Of a stretch of DNA of 64,000 nucleotides, positions 36,125-47,045 are shown in pieces (the first letter of the stretch is position 1; each line of letters starts with the position of its first letter). A model generated the notes under the pieces. That model saw only the letters and a program-made list of their open reading frames with translations, was not told where the DNA came from and searched no databases. Source of the DNA: Planctomycetota bacterium (lineage in GTDB: Bacteria; Planctomycetota; SZUA-567; H5-PLA8); assembly GCA_045863855.1 (NCBI GenBank), contig BTVV01000012.1:23330-87329 (forward strand), written 5' to 3'. The translations under genes were made by a program, and so were the position numbers.

Positions 36125-37834
36125 CTAAAACTCCATTTCTTCCAGCGACTTCGCGCCCAGCTTAAGCGGAACGAACGCGCACAAGGCCGTCACGACGCCC
36201 GTTCCGATCAAGGTCAGCGTCAGCACCAGCCGGAACTGCGCCGCTTCGTCGCTGTCCGGATTCAGCGGCACGTCCCGCACCATGTACTGGTGGCAGACCA
36301 GCGCCTGAACGGTGATCGTGATCATGACCAGCGCGATGGAAATGATCAGCGTCAGCGTGCCGCCGAAGCCGGACACGATCTTCGACGGGTTGGGCTCGCG
36401 CAAGTTCGGGAACAGCGCGCCCATCCCCACCGTCAGGCCCGTCAGACCCAGGCAGATGAACGCCGCCGTCAGCGCCTGAACCTTGAAGACGAAATCGTCG
36501 CTCTGCAGGATGAAATTCGAGAGCACGACCAGACTCTCCGTGACGATCAGCGCGCCGCAGAGGCTGAAAATGAACTTCGCCCACACGATGCGGCGGCGCT
36601 CCATCGGCGCGAGGCCCAGGATCCAGAAGCGCTGCCCTTCCAGCGATACCAGCGGGAAGACGAAGCGGCTCACCATCGTCGCCAGCGTCAGGCACGTCGC
36701 GCCCAGGTTCAAGAACGAGATCAGGTTCTGGTAGAAAGGCCGGTCGAGCGGGTACGAAAAGTTGCGCAGGTTGGAAATGTAAATCGCCAGCAGCCCGAAG
36801 AAGATCAGCACCTGCGACCATTGCACCGGATCGCGCAGGAACGATTTGATATCCTTGATCACGATCACCGTGACTTGCGGCCACCGCCGCTTCACCGGCT
36901 CCAGCAGCCATTCGATCACCCAGCGCCGCTCGACCCGCCGCCCGCGCGGCGCTTCGGCCGCCAGCGAATAGGTGCGCCCGTAGAGGTACGCCGACAGAAA
37001 CCAGCCCGCCGTGGCCAGCACGAGCGCGGTGCTCGCCAGCGCGGCGAAGCAAATCCCCACCGGCGCGCTCGCCTCGAAGCCCCGCGCCGCAAGCTCCAGC
37101 AGGCCTTCCTTCATCCAGAAATTCGGAGAGAACGGGTGCTGCGCAAACTCCAGCTTGCCCAGGATCAGATGCACCTCCGCGCGCATCTCCGATCCGCCGC
37201 GCACGCTCAGCACATCCGCCACCAGCCACGTGCCCACCGCCACCGCCGCGGCCACCAGGAACACCAGCGCCTTTCCGCGATGCCGCGGCAGCGTCGCCGT
37301 CAGCACCAGGCCCAGCAGCGAACCCAGCGAGGCGGGAATCAGCACGAACGGAGCGAAGAATAAAAGCACCGCCGGATAGAACGGTGCGTGCGCTTCGGCC
37401 TGAATCCCGTACGCCAGCAGCAGCGGGATGCCCAGCGCGAAAAACGCCCAGCTCGAGAACAGCAGCGACTCCAGCATCTTGTACAGATAAACCGTGTCGT
37501 GCGGCACCGGCTTGGAGAGCAGGAACTCGGTCTCCGCCGAATTGAACATGTTACCCAGCCCGATCAGCGCGTTGCTGAACGTCAGCATCACCAGCAGCAC
37601 CAGGAAAAAGATGCTCAGCAGGCGCGGGATCAGCATCTCGCCGACCGGATACAACTGGTGGATCAGGAAATCGAAGACGAGATTGAAGACGTAAAACATA
37701 CCGCCCCAGAACAGCATCCCCAGCGCCAGCACCACAAAGATCTTGAACAGCGACTCGTCGCCCAGCCGGCGCATGCGGTTGCGCAGGCCGCGCACGCGCG
37801 CGCCGATCAGCAGGCCGATGGTGAAGGTGGGCAT
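36125..37834 (-). CDS. Putative ABC exporter permease subunit
   Basis: About 12 TM segments; E.EFLLSKPV, KDIKSFLRDP.QWSQ, RFVFP.VSLEG..FW.L..AP. Confidence 0.8.
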   Translation of the reverse strand: MPTFTIGLLIGARVRGLRNRMRRLGDESLFKIFVVLALGMLFWGGMFYVFNLVFDFLIHQLYPVGEMLIPRLLSIFFLVLLVMLTFSNALIGLGNMFNSAETEFLLSKPVPHDTVYLYKMLESLLFSSWAFFALGIPLLLAYGIQAEAHAPFYPAVLLFFAPFVLIPASLGSLLGLVLTATLPRHRGKALVFLVAAAVAVGTWLVADVLSVRGGSEMRAEVHLILGKLEFAQHPFSPNFWMKEGLLELAARGFEASAPVGICFAALASTALVLATAGWFLSAYLYGRTYSLAAEAPRGRRVERRWVIEWLLEPVKRRWPQVTVIVIKDIKSFLRDPVQWSQVLIFFGLLAIYISNLRNFSYPLDRPFYQNLISFLNLGATCLTLATMVSRFVFPLVSLEGQRFWILGLAPMERRRIVWAKFIFSLCGALIVTESLVVLSNFILQSDDFVFKVQALTAAFICLGLTGLTVGMGALFPNLREPNPSKIVSGFGGTLTLIISIALVMITITVQALVCHQYMVRDVPLNPDSDEAAQFRLVLTLTLIGTGVVTALCAFVPLKLGAKSLEEMEF

Positions 37835-37993
37835 GGAGGAGGTTCTGCGCTCCGGATCGATGCGCCGGTTCTATCCGCTGGCCCCGCGAACGGCCAATCC
37901 CGGCTCCGGCAGGCAAGTGCCGCCGGATGGACCGATTCGGACCCGGATTCCACGGCGGTTGAGGAAGCGCGCGCCGTCGAGTAGACCTTTCGC

Positions 37994-39094
37994 ATGACCG
38001 CTCCCAAACGCCGGACGAAAGTGCGCCTGAAAGCCAAGATGCCCGCCGCGGTCCTGACCGCCCTGCGCCGCATCGAACTTGCCAGCGTTCCCGTTCCCGA
38101 ACCCGGACCCGGCGAACTGCTCCTGCGCATGACCGCCGTGGGCCTGTGCGGCAGCGATCTGCACTACTGGCGCTGCGGGCGCATCGGTGACCAGATCGTC
38201 AAGCTGCCGCAGCGCCTGGGCCACGAACCGGCCGGCCTCGTCGCGGCCTTGGGCCGCGGCTGTCGGCGCGGCTTCGCCGAAGGCCAGGCCGTGGCCATCG
38301 AGCCCGGCGTCTGGTGCGGCGCGTGCCTCGCCTGCGAAGGCGGGCGGCAGAATCTCTGCTACGGCATGCGCTTTCTCGGCGCGCCAGGCGAAGCCGGCGC
38401 GCTCCAGCCCTTCCTCGTCATGCCCGAAGCGAACGTCGAACCCCTCGCGCCACGCGTCGACCCCGCGCGCGCCACCGCCGCCGAACCCCTCGGCATTGCG
38501 CTCCAAGCCTTCGATCTGGTCAAACTGCGCGCCGGCGAAAGCGTCGCGGTGATCGGCGGAGGACCGGTGGGTCTGTGCGTTGCCGCGCTGGCTCAGGCTG
38601 CCGGCGCGCGCGTCGTGGCACTCTCCGAACCGCGCTCCGCCCGAGCAAAAGCCGCGCGCGCCTTGAACGTCCAGGCCGCCGTCGATGCGCGGCCCGAAGC
38701 CCTGATCGAAGCCGCCCGCGCAGCCACCGGCGGATACGGCGCCGATGTCGTCGTCGAATGCTCCGGCGCCGCCGAAACCCTCAACACCGCGATCCTCGCC
38801 GCCGCCCGCGGCGGACGCATCGCCATCGTCGGCATCCCCGAAGTCGATTCGATCCCCGTCGATCCGCATCACTGGCGCCGCAAGGAACTCCTCATTGCCA
38901 GCGTCCGCCGCAGCAACCGCACCCTCGGGCGCGCGCTCGCGCTCCTCGAGCGCAACGACCTCGGCCTCGCCAAAGCCGGCTACTTTTCGAAGCTGCTGGG
39001 TTTGGAAGAACTTCAGAGCGCTTTCGAAGACCTCGACGATCCCGCCTCGCGCGCGATCAAACTCACCGTCGATCCCAGCCGAGCGCTGGGTTGA
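37994..39094 (+). CDS. Zinc-dependent medium-chain alcohol/polyol dehydrogenase
   Basis: GLCGSDLH, LGHE, C..C..C.......C structural Zn site, EPL, GGGPVG. Confidence 0.92.
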   Translation: MTAPKRRTKVRLKAKMPAAVLTALRRIELASVPVPEPGPGELLLRMTAVGLCGSDLHYWRCGRIGDQIVKLPQRLGHEPAGLVAALGRGCRRGFAEGQAVAIEPGVWCGACLACEGGRQNLCYGMRFLGAPGEAGALQPFLVMPEANVEPLAPRVDPARATAAEPLGIALQAFDLVKLRAGESVAVIGGGPVGLCVAALAQAAGARVVALSEPRSARAKAARALNVQAAVDARPEALIEAARAATGGYGADVVVECSGAAETLNTAILAAARGGRIAIVGIPEVDSIPVDPHHWRRKELLIASVRRSNRTLGRALALLERNDLGLAKAGYFSKLLGLEELQSAFEDLDDPASRAIKLTVDPSRALG

Positions 39095-39159
39095 ACGAAC
39101 CTAGAGCCGCTGACAAAACCAGCGTCGAGGCGGTTGCGCCGCGCCTCAATCCCAATTCC

Positions 39160-40729
39160 CTACATCCCTTCCTTCGGCGCCTCCGGCGGCGGACCGTACT
39201 TCAGCAGCGCGTCCTGCACCGCCGCGTCGTGGGGCATCGGGATGAGCTTCTCCTCGAGCGCCGCCTTCAGCACCGCCGCGGCCTGCGTCCGACGAGCGGG
39301 CTCGCCTTTCGACAACAGCGCCTCGATCGACTCCTTGGGCCAGGATGAGCTTCAAATAACCGTCGTCTTGCGCGAGCGCGTGGCGTTCCTCGCGCACGAT
39401 CTTCCACGCGTTCAGCACGTCCAGGCCCTGCCCTTCCCGCAACGCCTGCTCCGCCCAAACCAGCCGCTCCTTCGCAAAATGCGTGCGCAGCAGATCGTGC
39501 GCCTGGTTCGAATTCGAATCTTCGGGACCGTTGCGTGAAAGCGATTCGGTGCACGCCTTGAACATCTCCTCGTTCGCAGGCATACCGCGCTCCAGCGCCT
39601 CCTCGAAGAGCGGCACGATCACTTCTACGATGTAGCGCTTGCGCAGCAGCAGGCCCATCTCGTACGGCACCGCCGCATTTTTCGGATACTTCCGCGCCAA
39701 CTCCCAGGCATGCATGGTCACGTCCTGCGAGGCCCGGCGATTCTGCATCGCATCGGCCATCGACACCCGCGCGTCAAGCAGTTGCAGACGATCTTCCAGC
39801 GGCGCAAGGTAGCGCTTCTGGTCGAGTTGCCCGCGCAGCCAGGCCAGCGCGTCGCCGGGAGAACGCTCCTTCTCGAGAAAATCGGCGTACTGCGTCGCGG
39901 CCGTCAGCGCGATGTCGCGCAGCTTGGCGTCGCCCGGTTCCTTCAGCAGCGCATCGTGAACCGCGTTCAACGCCTCCAGAGACTCGCCCGCCTCCAGCAG
40001 CTTCGCCGGACGTGCCCACAGCGGTTCCGGAACCGGCTCGCGAGGGCCGAAGCGCAAGAACACCACCACGGCGATCAGCGCCGCCAGCGCGCCACCCGCC
40101 GCCCACATCCAGCCCGACCGCGAGGCCGCCGCCTTCTCGCGATAGCCGTGGATGACCGGACCCGACGGCAGCAGCCGAACGCATTGCGCGAGTCGGCGGG
40201 CTTGGTCGCTGGTCGGATCCTGCACCACCCGGTACACGCGGATCGGTTGCGCAATGCCTTGGAATATTTTCTCGCCCACTTCCGCCGAAGGCACTTCCGT
40301 TCGGTTCATCGCCAGATACACCGCTTCGGTGAAGTAAACCTCGCCGGCCTCGGTCGCGCCTTCCAGGCGGCTCGCGATGTTCACCGCCTCGCCCAGCACA
40401 TCGCCGTCCTTCAACTCCACGTCGCCCGTGTTGATCGCCACGCGAACCTTCAGCCGCTCTTCTTCCTTCGCCGCCGTCGCGTTGAACTGGCGCAACACCT
40501 CCTGGATCGCCAGCCCGCACAGCACCGCGTCCGTGGCGCTCTCGAAGCGAACCAGAAACGCATCGCCGATCGTCTTGATCACGTGCCCGTCGAAGTAACG
40601 GATCACCGGCAGCAGCAGCCGGTCGTGCTTCTTCAGCAAGTTCACCAGGCCCTGGCGCGTCTCCTGGTTGGTCCGAGCCGTGAAGCCCTTGATGTCCGTG
40701 AACATGATCGAAAGGTTGCGTGTCGGCAT
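39160..40729 (-). CDS. Class III adenylate cyclase with TM segment and extracytoplasmic helical domain; apparent +1 frameshift near 39337-39339
   Basis: MFTDIKGFT, KTIGDAFL, GDVLGEAVNIASRLE (Lys/Asp consistent with ATP specificity), then TM segment. Removing one base restores a high-GC3 C-terminus ending at TAG 39160; as given, the frame ends at 39146. Confidence 0.85.
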
Positions 40730-40788
40730 GGCGGGCATTCTCGCGGCCGCGTGCGCAGCGGCAAGCCGAGAACGCGAGGCCAATAAAC

Positions 40789-42141
40789 TCAGGCTTCCGC
40801 GACGGGCTGAACCGCGGGACTTCGTTCGCATAAGCGGTCGGTCAGCGTGAACGCCTCGCGGAATATCTGATGCAAGTGCGTGTACTCGAAGCGCGCGCTG
40901 CGCCCGAAGCAATAAAAATCGCCGGGGGCTTCCAGCGCCGCCACCGCCGCGCGCCGCTGCTCCAGGCTCTCCAGAGTGATGCACGGATACGCGTTCGAAA
41001 TCACGTGCGCCTCCGCGCCCAGCACCTCGTCCTGTTTGTAAAGCCCCAGCCGCGCCAGCGCCGCCACCGTCTCGTCGCGCAGCCGGTTCACCGCCGGTAC
41101 CCGCGTCGCCGTCTGCGCCGCCGTCGCGTCGTCCAGCGGCACTTCGGCCAGCAGCGACGTCTGCTCCGACGGCGCGAGGCTGGGGCAGCGCTGTTTCGGC
41201 TCATGCACCCGCGTGACCAGGCAATCCGCATCCGGCACGTACAGCGAAGCGTGCGGACTCACCTCGGGCCGGTTAAGCATCACGAACACGTTGACGAGAT
41301 GGCGATGCTTCAACTTCCGCGCCAGCGAACTCGCGGACTCCGGAACCCAATCCGCCATCGCGCAGAGCTTCGACAGCGGCAGCGCGCCGGCCACCGCCGC
41401 AAAGACGCGCTCGCCCTGCGGCGTAGCCACTCGGTAGCCGCCATCCCCCCGCGCCAGCGCCGTTATCGCGCAGTTCGCATGCAGGCGTTCGGACGGCAAC
41501 CCCGCCAGCAGCGCATCCGTGATCCGGCCGTAACCGCCGCGCGGATAATAAAAACTCCCGTCGAGGTGCTCGTGCTTCTTCCGCTCGCCGAAGCACATTT
41601 CTTTCAGCACCGTGGCAAGGCTGAGGTTCTTGAGCCGACCCGTCCCCAACTCCAGCGAAAGCGTCTCCAGCGGCACGCCCCACAATTTGCGCGAATACTG
41701 CAGCACGAAATCCTCGGCCAGCGCGCCGCCGAAGCGCGTCAGCGCGTGATCGCGGAAATTGGACGGCTCGCCCCGGGCCCGGAACACGAAATCCCACGCA
41801 TAACGCATTCCGCGCGTGAACGGTACGTTGCGCAATACATTCACCGGACTGAGCGGAAATTCGATGAAGCGCCCGAATTTGAGGATGGCCGAGCGCTTGT
41901 GGCTCTTGTGCCACGCGCCGTCCAAAAGCGCCCCCGTCCAGGCGGTGATCTCCGGATCTTTGTCGTGGAAGCGGTGCGCGCCCGTATCGACGCCGAACGC
42001 GCCATGCCGCAGCGTCCGCGCCATCCCGCCGAACTCGCTCGATGCTTCGAACAGCTCGAACGCCATCCCGCGCTCATGCAGCCGCCGGGCCAGCACCAGG
42101 CCCGCGATGCCGCCGCCGAGAATCGCGATGGGAGAAGACAT
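40789..42141 (-). CDS. FAD-dependent oxidoreductase (protoporphyrinogen oxidase / UDP-galactopyranose mutase-like)
   Basis: IAILGGGIAGL, FEASSEFGG, DTGAHRF, FYYPRGGYG, AYP, GRSARFEY. Confidence 0.85.
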   Translation of the reverse strand: MSSPIAILGGGIAGLVLARRLHERGMAFELFEASSEFGGMARTLRHGAFGVDTGAHRFHDKDPEITAWTGALLDGAWHKSHKRSAILKFGRFIEFPLSPVNVLRNVPFTRGMRYAWDFVFRARGEPSNFRDHALTRFGGALAEDFVLQYSRKLWGVPLETLSLELGTGRLKNLSLATVLKEMCFGERKKHEHLDGSFYYPRGGYGRITDALLAGLPSERLHANCAITALARGDGGYRVATPQGERVFAAVAGALPLSKLCAMADWVPESASSLARKLKHRHLVNVFVMLNRPEVSPHASLYVPDADCLVTRVHEPKQRCPSLAPSEQTSLLAEVPLDDATAAQTATRVPAVNRLRDETVAALARLGLYKQDEVLGAEAHVISNAYPCITLESLEQRRAAVAALEAPGDFYCFGRSARFEYTHLHQIFREAFTLTDRLCERSPAVQPVAEA

Positions 42142-42219
42142 GCGCCGTTCCGAGTCCGGTATTGCGCGCCAGTATACCGCCAATCCGGTTGCGGTAAATG
42201 CGGTCGCGCTTCGCCCTCG

Positions 42220-43212
42220 TTAGGCTTTCGCAAAATGCTTCCGCACCGCGTGCGTCAGAAAATTTTCGCCCAGCTTCACGTAGCCTTCTGCGTTCGGATG
42301 CAATTCGTCCGGAAGCAACCCGGTCAGCTCCGGCCCGAACAGATCCAGGCCATTCACGTAATGCACATGCTGGTCGCCGTGCGCGCGCAACGCTTCCACC
42401 GCGGCCTGGACTTCCTCGCGCATCGCCCGCAGCGTGAAGCCCACCGCGTTCTTGGTCTCCTCGCGCGGCGGGCTGTATACCGGCGACGCCACGACGTACG
42501 GAGTATCGGGATGCTTTTCGCGCACGATCTGCACGAACCCGATGATCGCCTGCCGGAAGCTCCGGATATTCAGGCTCCCGCTGCCGTATATATTAATGCC
42601 CACTTTCATCGATAAATAATCCGCCGGCCGCTCGCGCATCACGCGCGCCATCATGCTGTCCAGATGGCACTGCCCGCCGAAGCCCAGGCCGGTGAGATTG
42701 AAGTTCGCGCCCCGCGCGGCCACCGCCGGCCACGTGAACGCCGGGCTGCTCGCCGCGCCGCAATGCGTGATCGAACTCCCGTACGTCACCCACTTCGGGC
42801 GGCGGTCGTCGAACACACTCAGCTTCGCTCCGTCGCTCAGTTCCAACGACTTAAGCTGAAAAATCGAACCCTGCGGCGTCCACAGTTCCACCGTCTTCTC
42901 GCCCGGAGGAAGATCGCCGAAGCGAAACGCGCTCTGCCCTTCCAGCGCGAAGCTCTTCGGAACGCCATGATCGACCGTCAGATCCAGCTTCCCGCCCTCG
43001 GCATGATACGTGCCGGAAATCTCGCGCGCATCGGTCTTGAACGCCAGCCGAACCCCCGCGCCTTTGGAAGCCGCGCCGACGAGCGTCTCGTTGAAGAGCC
43101 CCCGCGTCGCGTACGGCACGCGCCACGGCTGCACGAATCCGTCGCCCACCTGCACGTCGATCGCGCCGTACCAGCGCAGGCGGTCGTCCCGAAGATCGAT
43201 GGATTGCGGCAT
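42220..43212 (-). CDS. SGNH/GDSL hydrolase family protein
   Basis: YGSSITHC, LGFGGQC, GIN, DELHPNAEGY. Confidence 0.88.
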   Translation of the reverse strand: MPQSIDLRDDRLRWYGAIDVQVGDGFVQPWRVPYATRGLFNETLVGAASKGAGVRLAFKTDAREISGTYHAEGGKLDLTVDHGVPKSFALEGQSAFRFGDLPPGEKTVELWTPQGSIFQLKSLELSDGAKLSVFDDRRPKWVTYGSSITHCGAASSPAFTWPAVAARGANFNLTGLGFGGQCHLDSMMARVMRERPADYLSMKVGINIYGSGSLNIRSFRQAIIGFVQIVREKHPDTPYVVASPVYSPPREETKNAVGFTLRAMREEVQAAVEALRAHGDQHVHYVNGLDLFGPELTGLLPDELHPNAEGYVKLGENFLTHAVRKHFAKA

Positions 43213-43233
43213 GTATGGCGCTCCTTGAAGGGC

Positions 43234-43428
43234 TCAGCGTTTGGCGGTACGGCGGCTGGGCGTCCCGGCCCAATACCAGACCGTGACGATGCCTTCGCTC
43301 TTATCCGCCGAGTGCGCGATCGAGATCACGCGCTCCGGTCCAATCTCGGTCGCAAAATCGGCCGCTTCCTGAAACAAGTCTTCCCACGTTTTGAAAGTGG
43401 CCCGGAAATGCTTGTAGCGTACGCGCAT
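43234..43428 (-). CDS. Small hypothetical protein (64 aa)
   Basis: GAGGTG RBS, tight packing in the minus-strand operon, protein-like composition (WEDLFQEAADFA...IVTVWYW). Confidence 0.7.
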   Translation of the reverse strand: MRVRYKHFRATFKTWEDLFQEAADFATEIGPERVISIAHSADKSEGIVTVWYWAGTPSRRTAKR

Positions 43429-43436
43429 CGTTCACC

Positions 43437-44267
43437 TCAGCTCCCGTCCGGCTTCACCGCCTTCAGGCTGAACATCAGCGGAATGCGGTCGCCGTCCTTC
43501 ATATGCCACCAGTCCGCCTCGCGGTGCTTCATCAAACTCCCCTGCGCACCCTTGTAAGCGTTCCAAAAAGTGTACGGAAACTCGTGCAGATATTCGAGCC
43601 GCAACCCGGCGCCCAGCAGGCAGTTCACGATCTCGCCCAGCGAATGGTTCCACTCGAAGGCCACGTTGTTCCGCGTGTTCACATCCGTCAGCGAATAGCT
43701 CCCGTTCACCACGTAGCGCTCGGGCTTCCCGTTCGGAAAGTACGAGGTGCGAAATTCGAGCCGGCTGCCGTCTTCCGCCACATCCAGCATCTGCGCGAAC
43801 GGATGCGTGTCGCAGAGATAAAAATAGCCGCCCGGCTTCAGGAAGTGCGCGATCACCCCCGCCCATGCGCCCAGATCCGGAATCCACGGCAGCACGCCGT
43901 GGTAGTTCAGCACCAGGTCGAATGCGCCCTGCAAATGCGCCGGCAATTCGTGCAGCGGGCAGCACACGAAATCCGCCGCGACGCCGACCTCCGCGCTCAG
44001 CGCCCGTGCGTGCGCGATCGCTTGCTCCGAAAAGTCCACTCCCGTCACCGCGGCTCCCTGCCGCGCCCACAGCATCGAATCCATCCCGAAATGGCACTGC
44101 AAATGGAGCAGCTTCAGCCCGCGCACGTCGCCCAGATCGTCGGGTACGTTGCGCTCCCAGCCGTACTCGCCGCGCTTGAACGCATCGACCCGGTAATTCG
44201 ACGCCACCGTGGCGTGCAGGTGCGCGCGCTCGTCCCAATACGCACGGTTGGCCTGCAATTCGTCCAT
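43437..44267 (-). CDS. Class I SAM-dependent methyltransferase
   Basis: NRAYWDERA, LLHLQCHFG.D, VTGVDFS, FDLV, LKPGG. Confidence 0.9.
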   Translation of the reverse strand: MDELQANRAYWDERAHLHATVASNYRVDAFKRGEYGWERNVPDDLGDVRGLKLLHLQCHFGMDSMLWARQGAAVTGVDFSEQAIAHARALSAEVGVAADFVCCPLHELPAHLQGAFDLVLNYHGVLPWIPDLGAWAGVIAHFLKPGGYFYLCDTHPFAQMLDVAEDGSRLEFRTSYFPNGKPERYVVNGSYSLTDVNTRNNVAFEWNHSLGEIVNCLLGAGLRLEYLHEFPYTFWNAYKGAQGSLMKHREADWWHMKDGDRIPLMFSLKAVKPDGS

Positions 44268-44356
44268 GGCCGCCGCCTCGCTGGAAATGAAAAGGGCTCA
44301 CGCGTCGCGTGAGCCCTCAACATACCATTTTAAGCGCACGAATGGCAAACCGGGCT

Positions 44357-45769
44357 TTAGTAGCGGTACATCTCCGGCTTGTACGGGCCCGTGACCGCAA
44401 TGCCGAGGTACTTCGCCTGGCGTTCCGTCAGCACTTCCAGTTCCACGCCCAGCTTGCCCAGATGCAGACGCGCCACTTCTTCGTCGAGTTTCTTCGGCAG
44501 CACGTACACCTTCTTCTCGTATTTGCTCGGATTCGCGTACAACTCGATCTGCGCCAGCACCTGGTTGGTGAAGCTGTTCGACATCACGAAGCTCGGGTGC
44601 CCCGTCGCGCAGCCCAGGTTCACCAGGCGTCCTTCCGCCAGGATGATCAGGCGCTTCCCGTTCGGCCACGTCACTTCGTGGACCTGGTCCTTGATCTTCA
44701 CCCAATGGTGCTTCTTGATCTTCGCGATCTGAATTTCGCTGTCGAAGTGCCCGATATTGCAGACGATCGCGCGGTCCTTCATCGCGTCCATGTGCTGTTC
44801 GGCGATCACGTCGCAGCAGCCCGTCGTCGTGACGAAGATATCGCCGATCTTCGCGGCGTCGGCCATCTTCATCACCTGGTAGCCTTCCATCGCCGCCTGC
44901 AGCGCGCAGATCGGATCGATCTCGGTCACGATCACGCGCGCGCCCTGCCCGCGCATCGCCTGGCAGCAGCCCTTGCCCACTTCGCCGTAACCGGCGATCA
45001 CCACCACCTTGCCGCTGATCATCACGTCCGTCGCGCGCATGATCCCGTCCGGCAGACTGTGCCGGCAGCCGTAAATGTTGTCGAACTTGCTCTTCGTCAC
45101 GCTGTCGTTCACGTTGAACGCCGGAAACAGCAACTCCCCCTTCTCCGCCATCTGGTACAGCCGGTGCACTCCCGTCGTCGTCTCTTCGGTCACGCCCTTG
45201 ATCGCCTTCGCGCACTTCGCGTAAAAGCCGGGCTGTTCCTTCAGCGTCTTGCGGATGCTCGCCTTGAGGATCTCTTCCTCTTCGCTCTCGCATTCGCCGT
45301 CCAGCGCCTTGATGTCCTTCTCGGCCTTGAGCCCCAGATGCACCAGCAGCGTCGCGTCGCCGCCGTCGTCCAGGATCATGTTCGGCACGCCGCCGTCGCC
45401 CCACTGCAGGATGCGGTGCGTGTAATCCCAGTACTCTTCCAGCGTCTCGCCCTTGATCGCGAAGACCGGAACGCCCGAGGCGGCGATGGCCGCGGCGGCG
45501 TGGTCCTGCGTGCTGAAAATATTGCAGCTCGCCCAGCGGATGTCCGCGCCCAAGTCGCGCAGCGTCTCGATCAGCACCGCCGTCTGGATCGTCATATGCA
45601 GGCTGCCGGCGATCCGCGCCCCCTTCAGCGGCTGCTGCTTCTTGAACTGTTCGCGCACCGACATCAGCCCGGGCATCTCGGTCTCGGCGAGGTCGATCTC
45701 CTTGCGCCCGAAATCCGCGAGGCTTAGATCCTTGACGACAAAATCCTTCGTGGCCGTGCTGGCAGGCAT
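44357..45769 (-). CDS. ahcY: Adenosylhomocysteinase (SAH hydrolase)
   Basis: [61 protein letters not shown], terminal YRY. Confidence 0.98.
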   Translation of the reverse strand: MPASTATKDFVVKDLSLADFGRKEIDLAETEMPGLMSVREQFKKQQPLKGARIAGSLHMTIQTAVLIETLRDLGADIRWASCNIFSTQDHAAAAIAASGVPVFAIKGETLEEYWDYTHRILQWGDGGVPNMILDDGGDATLLVHLGLKAEKDIKALDGECESEEEEILKASIRKTLKEQPGFYAKCAKAIKGVTEETTTGVHRLYQMAEKGELLFPAFNVNDSVTKSKFDNIYGCRHSLPDGIMRATDVMISGKVVVIAGYGEVGKGCCQAMRGQGARVIVTEIDPICALQAAMEGYQVMKMADAAKIGDIFVTTTGCCDVIAEQHMDAMKDRAIVCNIGHFDSEIQIAKIKKHHWVKIKDQVHEVTWPNGKRLIILAEGRLVNLGCATGHPSFVMSNSFTNQVLAQIELYANPSKYEKKVYVLPKKLDEEVARLHLGKLGVELEVLTERQAKYLGIAVTGPYKPEMYRY

Positions 45770-45893
45770 GAGTCAGGCTCCTTGGGTTTCCGCGTTCGTG
45801 GACGGTCAAGCGGGACGAACCCGCGCCAAGCAGACTAGGCGCAGGCCGCGCGGCGGCCAATGACGCGCGGGTTGATATCGGGCAAGGCGCGGT

Positions 45894-47000
45894 TTACCAG
45901 CGCAGCCCCAGCGGCTGCTTGTTCAACTGCAAGTCGATCACCGTCCAGCCGCGCTCCTCGCGCACGCACAAGATCCGGCAGCCTTCCGGATACGGGTCCA
46001 GCAGCGCCACCTCTTTGGCCGGCCCCGCAAGGCGCACCTGCGCCGCGATGCTCGACGAACTCTCCAGAAACAACCGCCGCCGCCGCAGATCGATATCCAC
46101 GCTCCCCACCAGCCCCACGTGGTCCCACGTCACTTCGAAGTAATGCGTCTTCAGGAAGCCCGCCACCACCCAGCGCCCGCGCTGCGGAACGTACACCGGC
46201 TTGGCGTGCGCGTGCAGAAACTCCGCCGCCTGCTCCAGGTACGGCGTTTCCGGAATGTCGTGACCGACCTTCGGCAGTTCCTTGAACTCGAACGGCGGCA
46301 GCGGATCGTCCCCATGCCCTCCCAAGCTCTTCTGCAATTCGGCGTAGACGCGCGCGTGCTCCACCGGCACGCAGTCGTCGGCCGTCCCGTGGTACACCTG
46401 CAACGGGCAGCTCCGGTTCGGCGCGACCGTCAGGCCCGCGCGGCTCTGATACGCCTCCGCGTGATCCCGCGGATTCGGCGCGATCCAGTGCTCCATCTCG
46501 TCCCGGTAATTCCCGCGCTCGTTCCAAGCGAACCAGCGCGCGTAGTCGCTGATCCCGCACCAGACGACGGCTGCCGCGAGCAGATCCGGGCACTTGCCCA
46601 GCAGCGCGTAGACGTTGCCCCCGCCGCCCGATGCGCCGAACGCGCGTGGCGGCAAGCCGTCGCTGCAAAGCTGCGGGAAGCTGTGCCGCGCCGCGTACAA
46701 CGCATCCACCGCATCGCGCAGTTCCCAGCCGTTCGCGTCAGGGCTGCCCGCCGTCCCGCCCCGCCCGCGCAGGTTCAAATTGAGCACGCAAAAGCCGCGC
46801 TGCGCGAACGCACGCGCCCGGCCCCGCGTATGCAGCAGGTTCTGGTGCCAGCCGTGAAACAGTAACAGCGCCGGCCACGGACCTCCGTGCGCCGGCGCCA
46901 GCACGTCCATGAAAAGCGTGTTCAGCGGCCGCTCGCTGGAGGCATACGGCGCCATCAGATGCTCGGCCAGTTCCTTGCCCGGTACGCGCGTGGACGACAT
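45894..47000 (-). CDS. Alpha/beta hydrolase (S9/esterase-like)
   Basis: LLFHGW, NLRGRG, GASGGG nucleophile, HGTADDCVP, GH. Confidence 0.8.
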   Translation of the reverse strand: MSSTRVPGKELAEHLMAPYASSERPLNTLFMDVLAPAHGGPWPALLLFHGWHQNLLHTRGRARAFAQRGFCVLNLNLRGRGGTAGSPDANGWELRDAVDALYAARHSFPQLCSDGLPPRAFGASGGGGNVYALLGKCPDLLAAAVVWCGISDYARWFAWNERGNYRDEMEHWIAPNPRDHAEAYQSRAGLTVAPNRSCPLQVYHGTADDCVPVEHARVYAELQKSLGGHGDDPLPPFEFKELPKVGHDIPETPYLEQAAEFLHAHAKPVYVPQRGRWVVAGFLKTHYFEVTWDHVGLVGSVDIDLRRRRLFLESSSSIAAQVRLAGPAKEVALLDPYPEGCRILCVREERGWTVIDLQLNKQPLGLRW

Positions 47001-47045
47001 GGCTCGCTCTCCGCTTCGCGAACCGTTCTACCATATCCGCCGGCT

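Noticed and set aside
45770..45893. SAH riboswitch upstream of ahcY
   Set aside because: I could not find the conserved GAGGAGCG...CAGGCUC...CGCUC pattern by eye. An Rfam search would be decisive.
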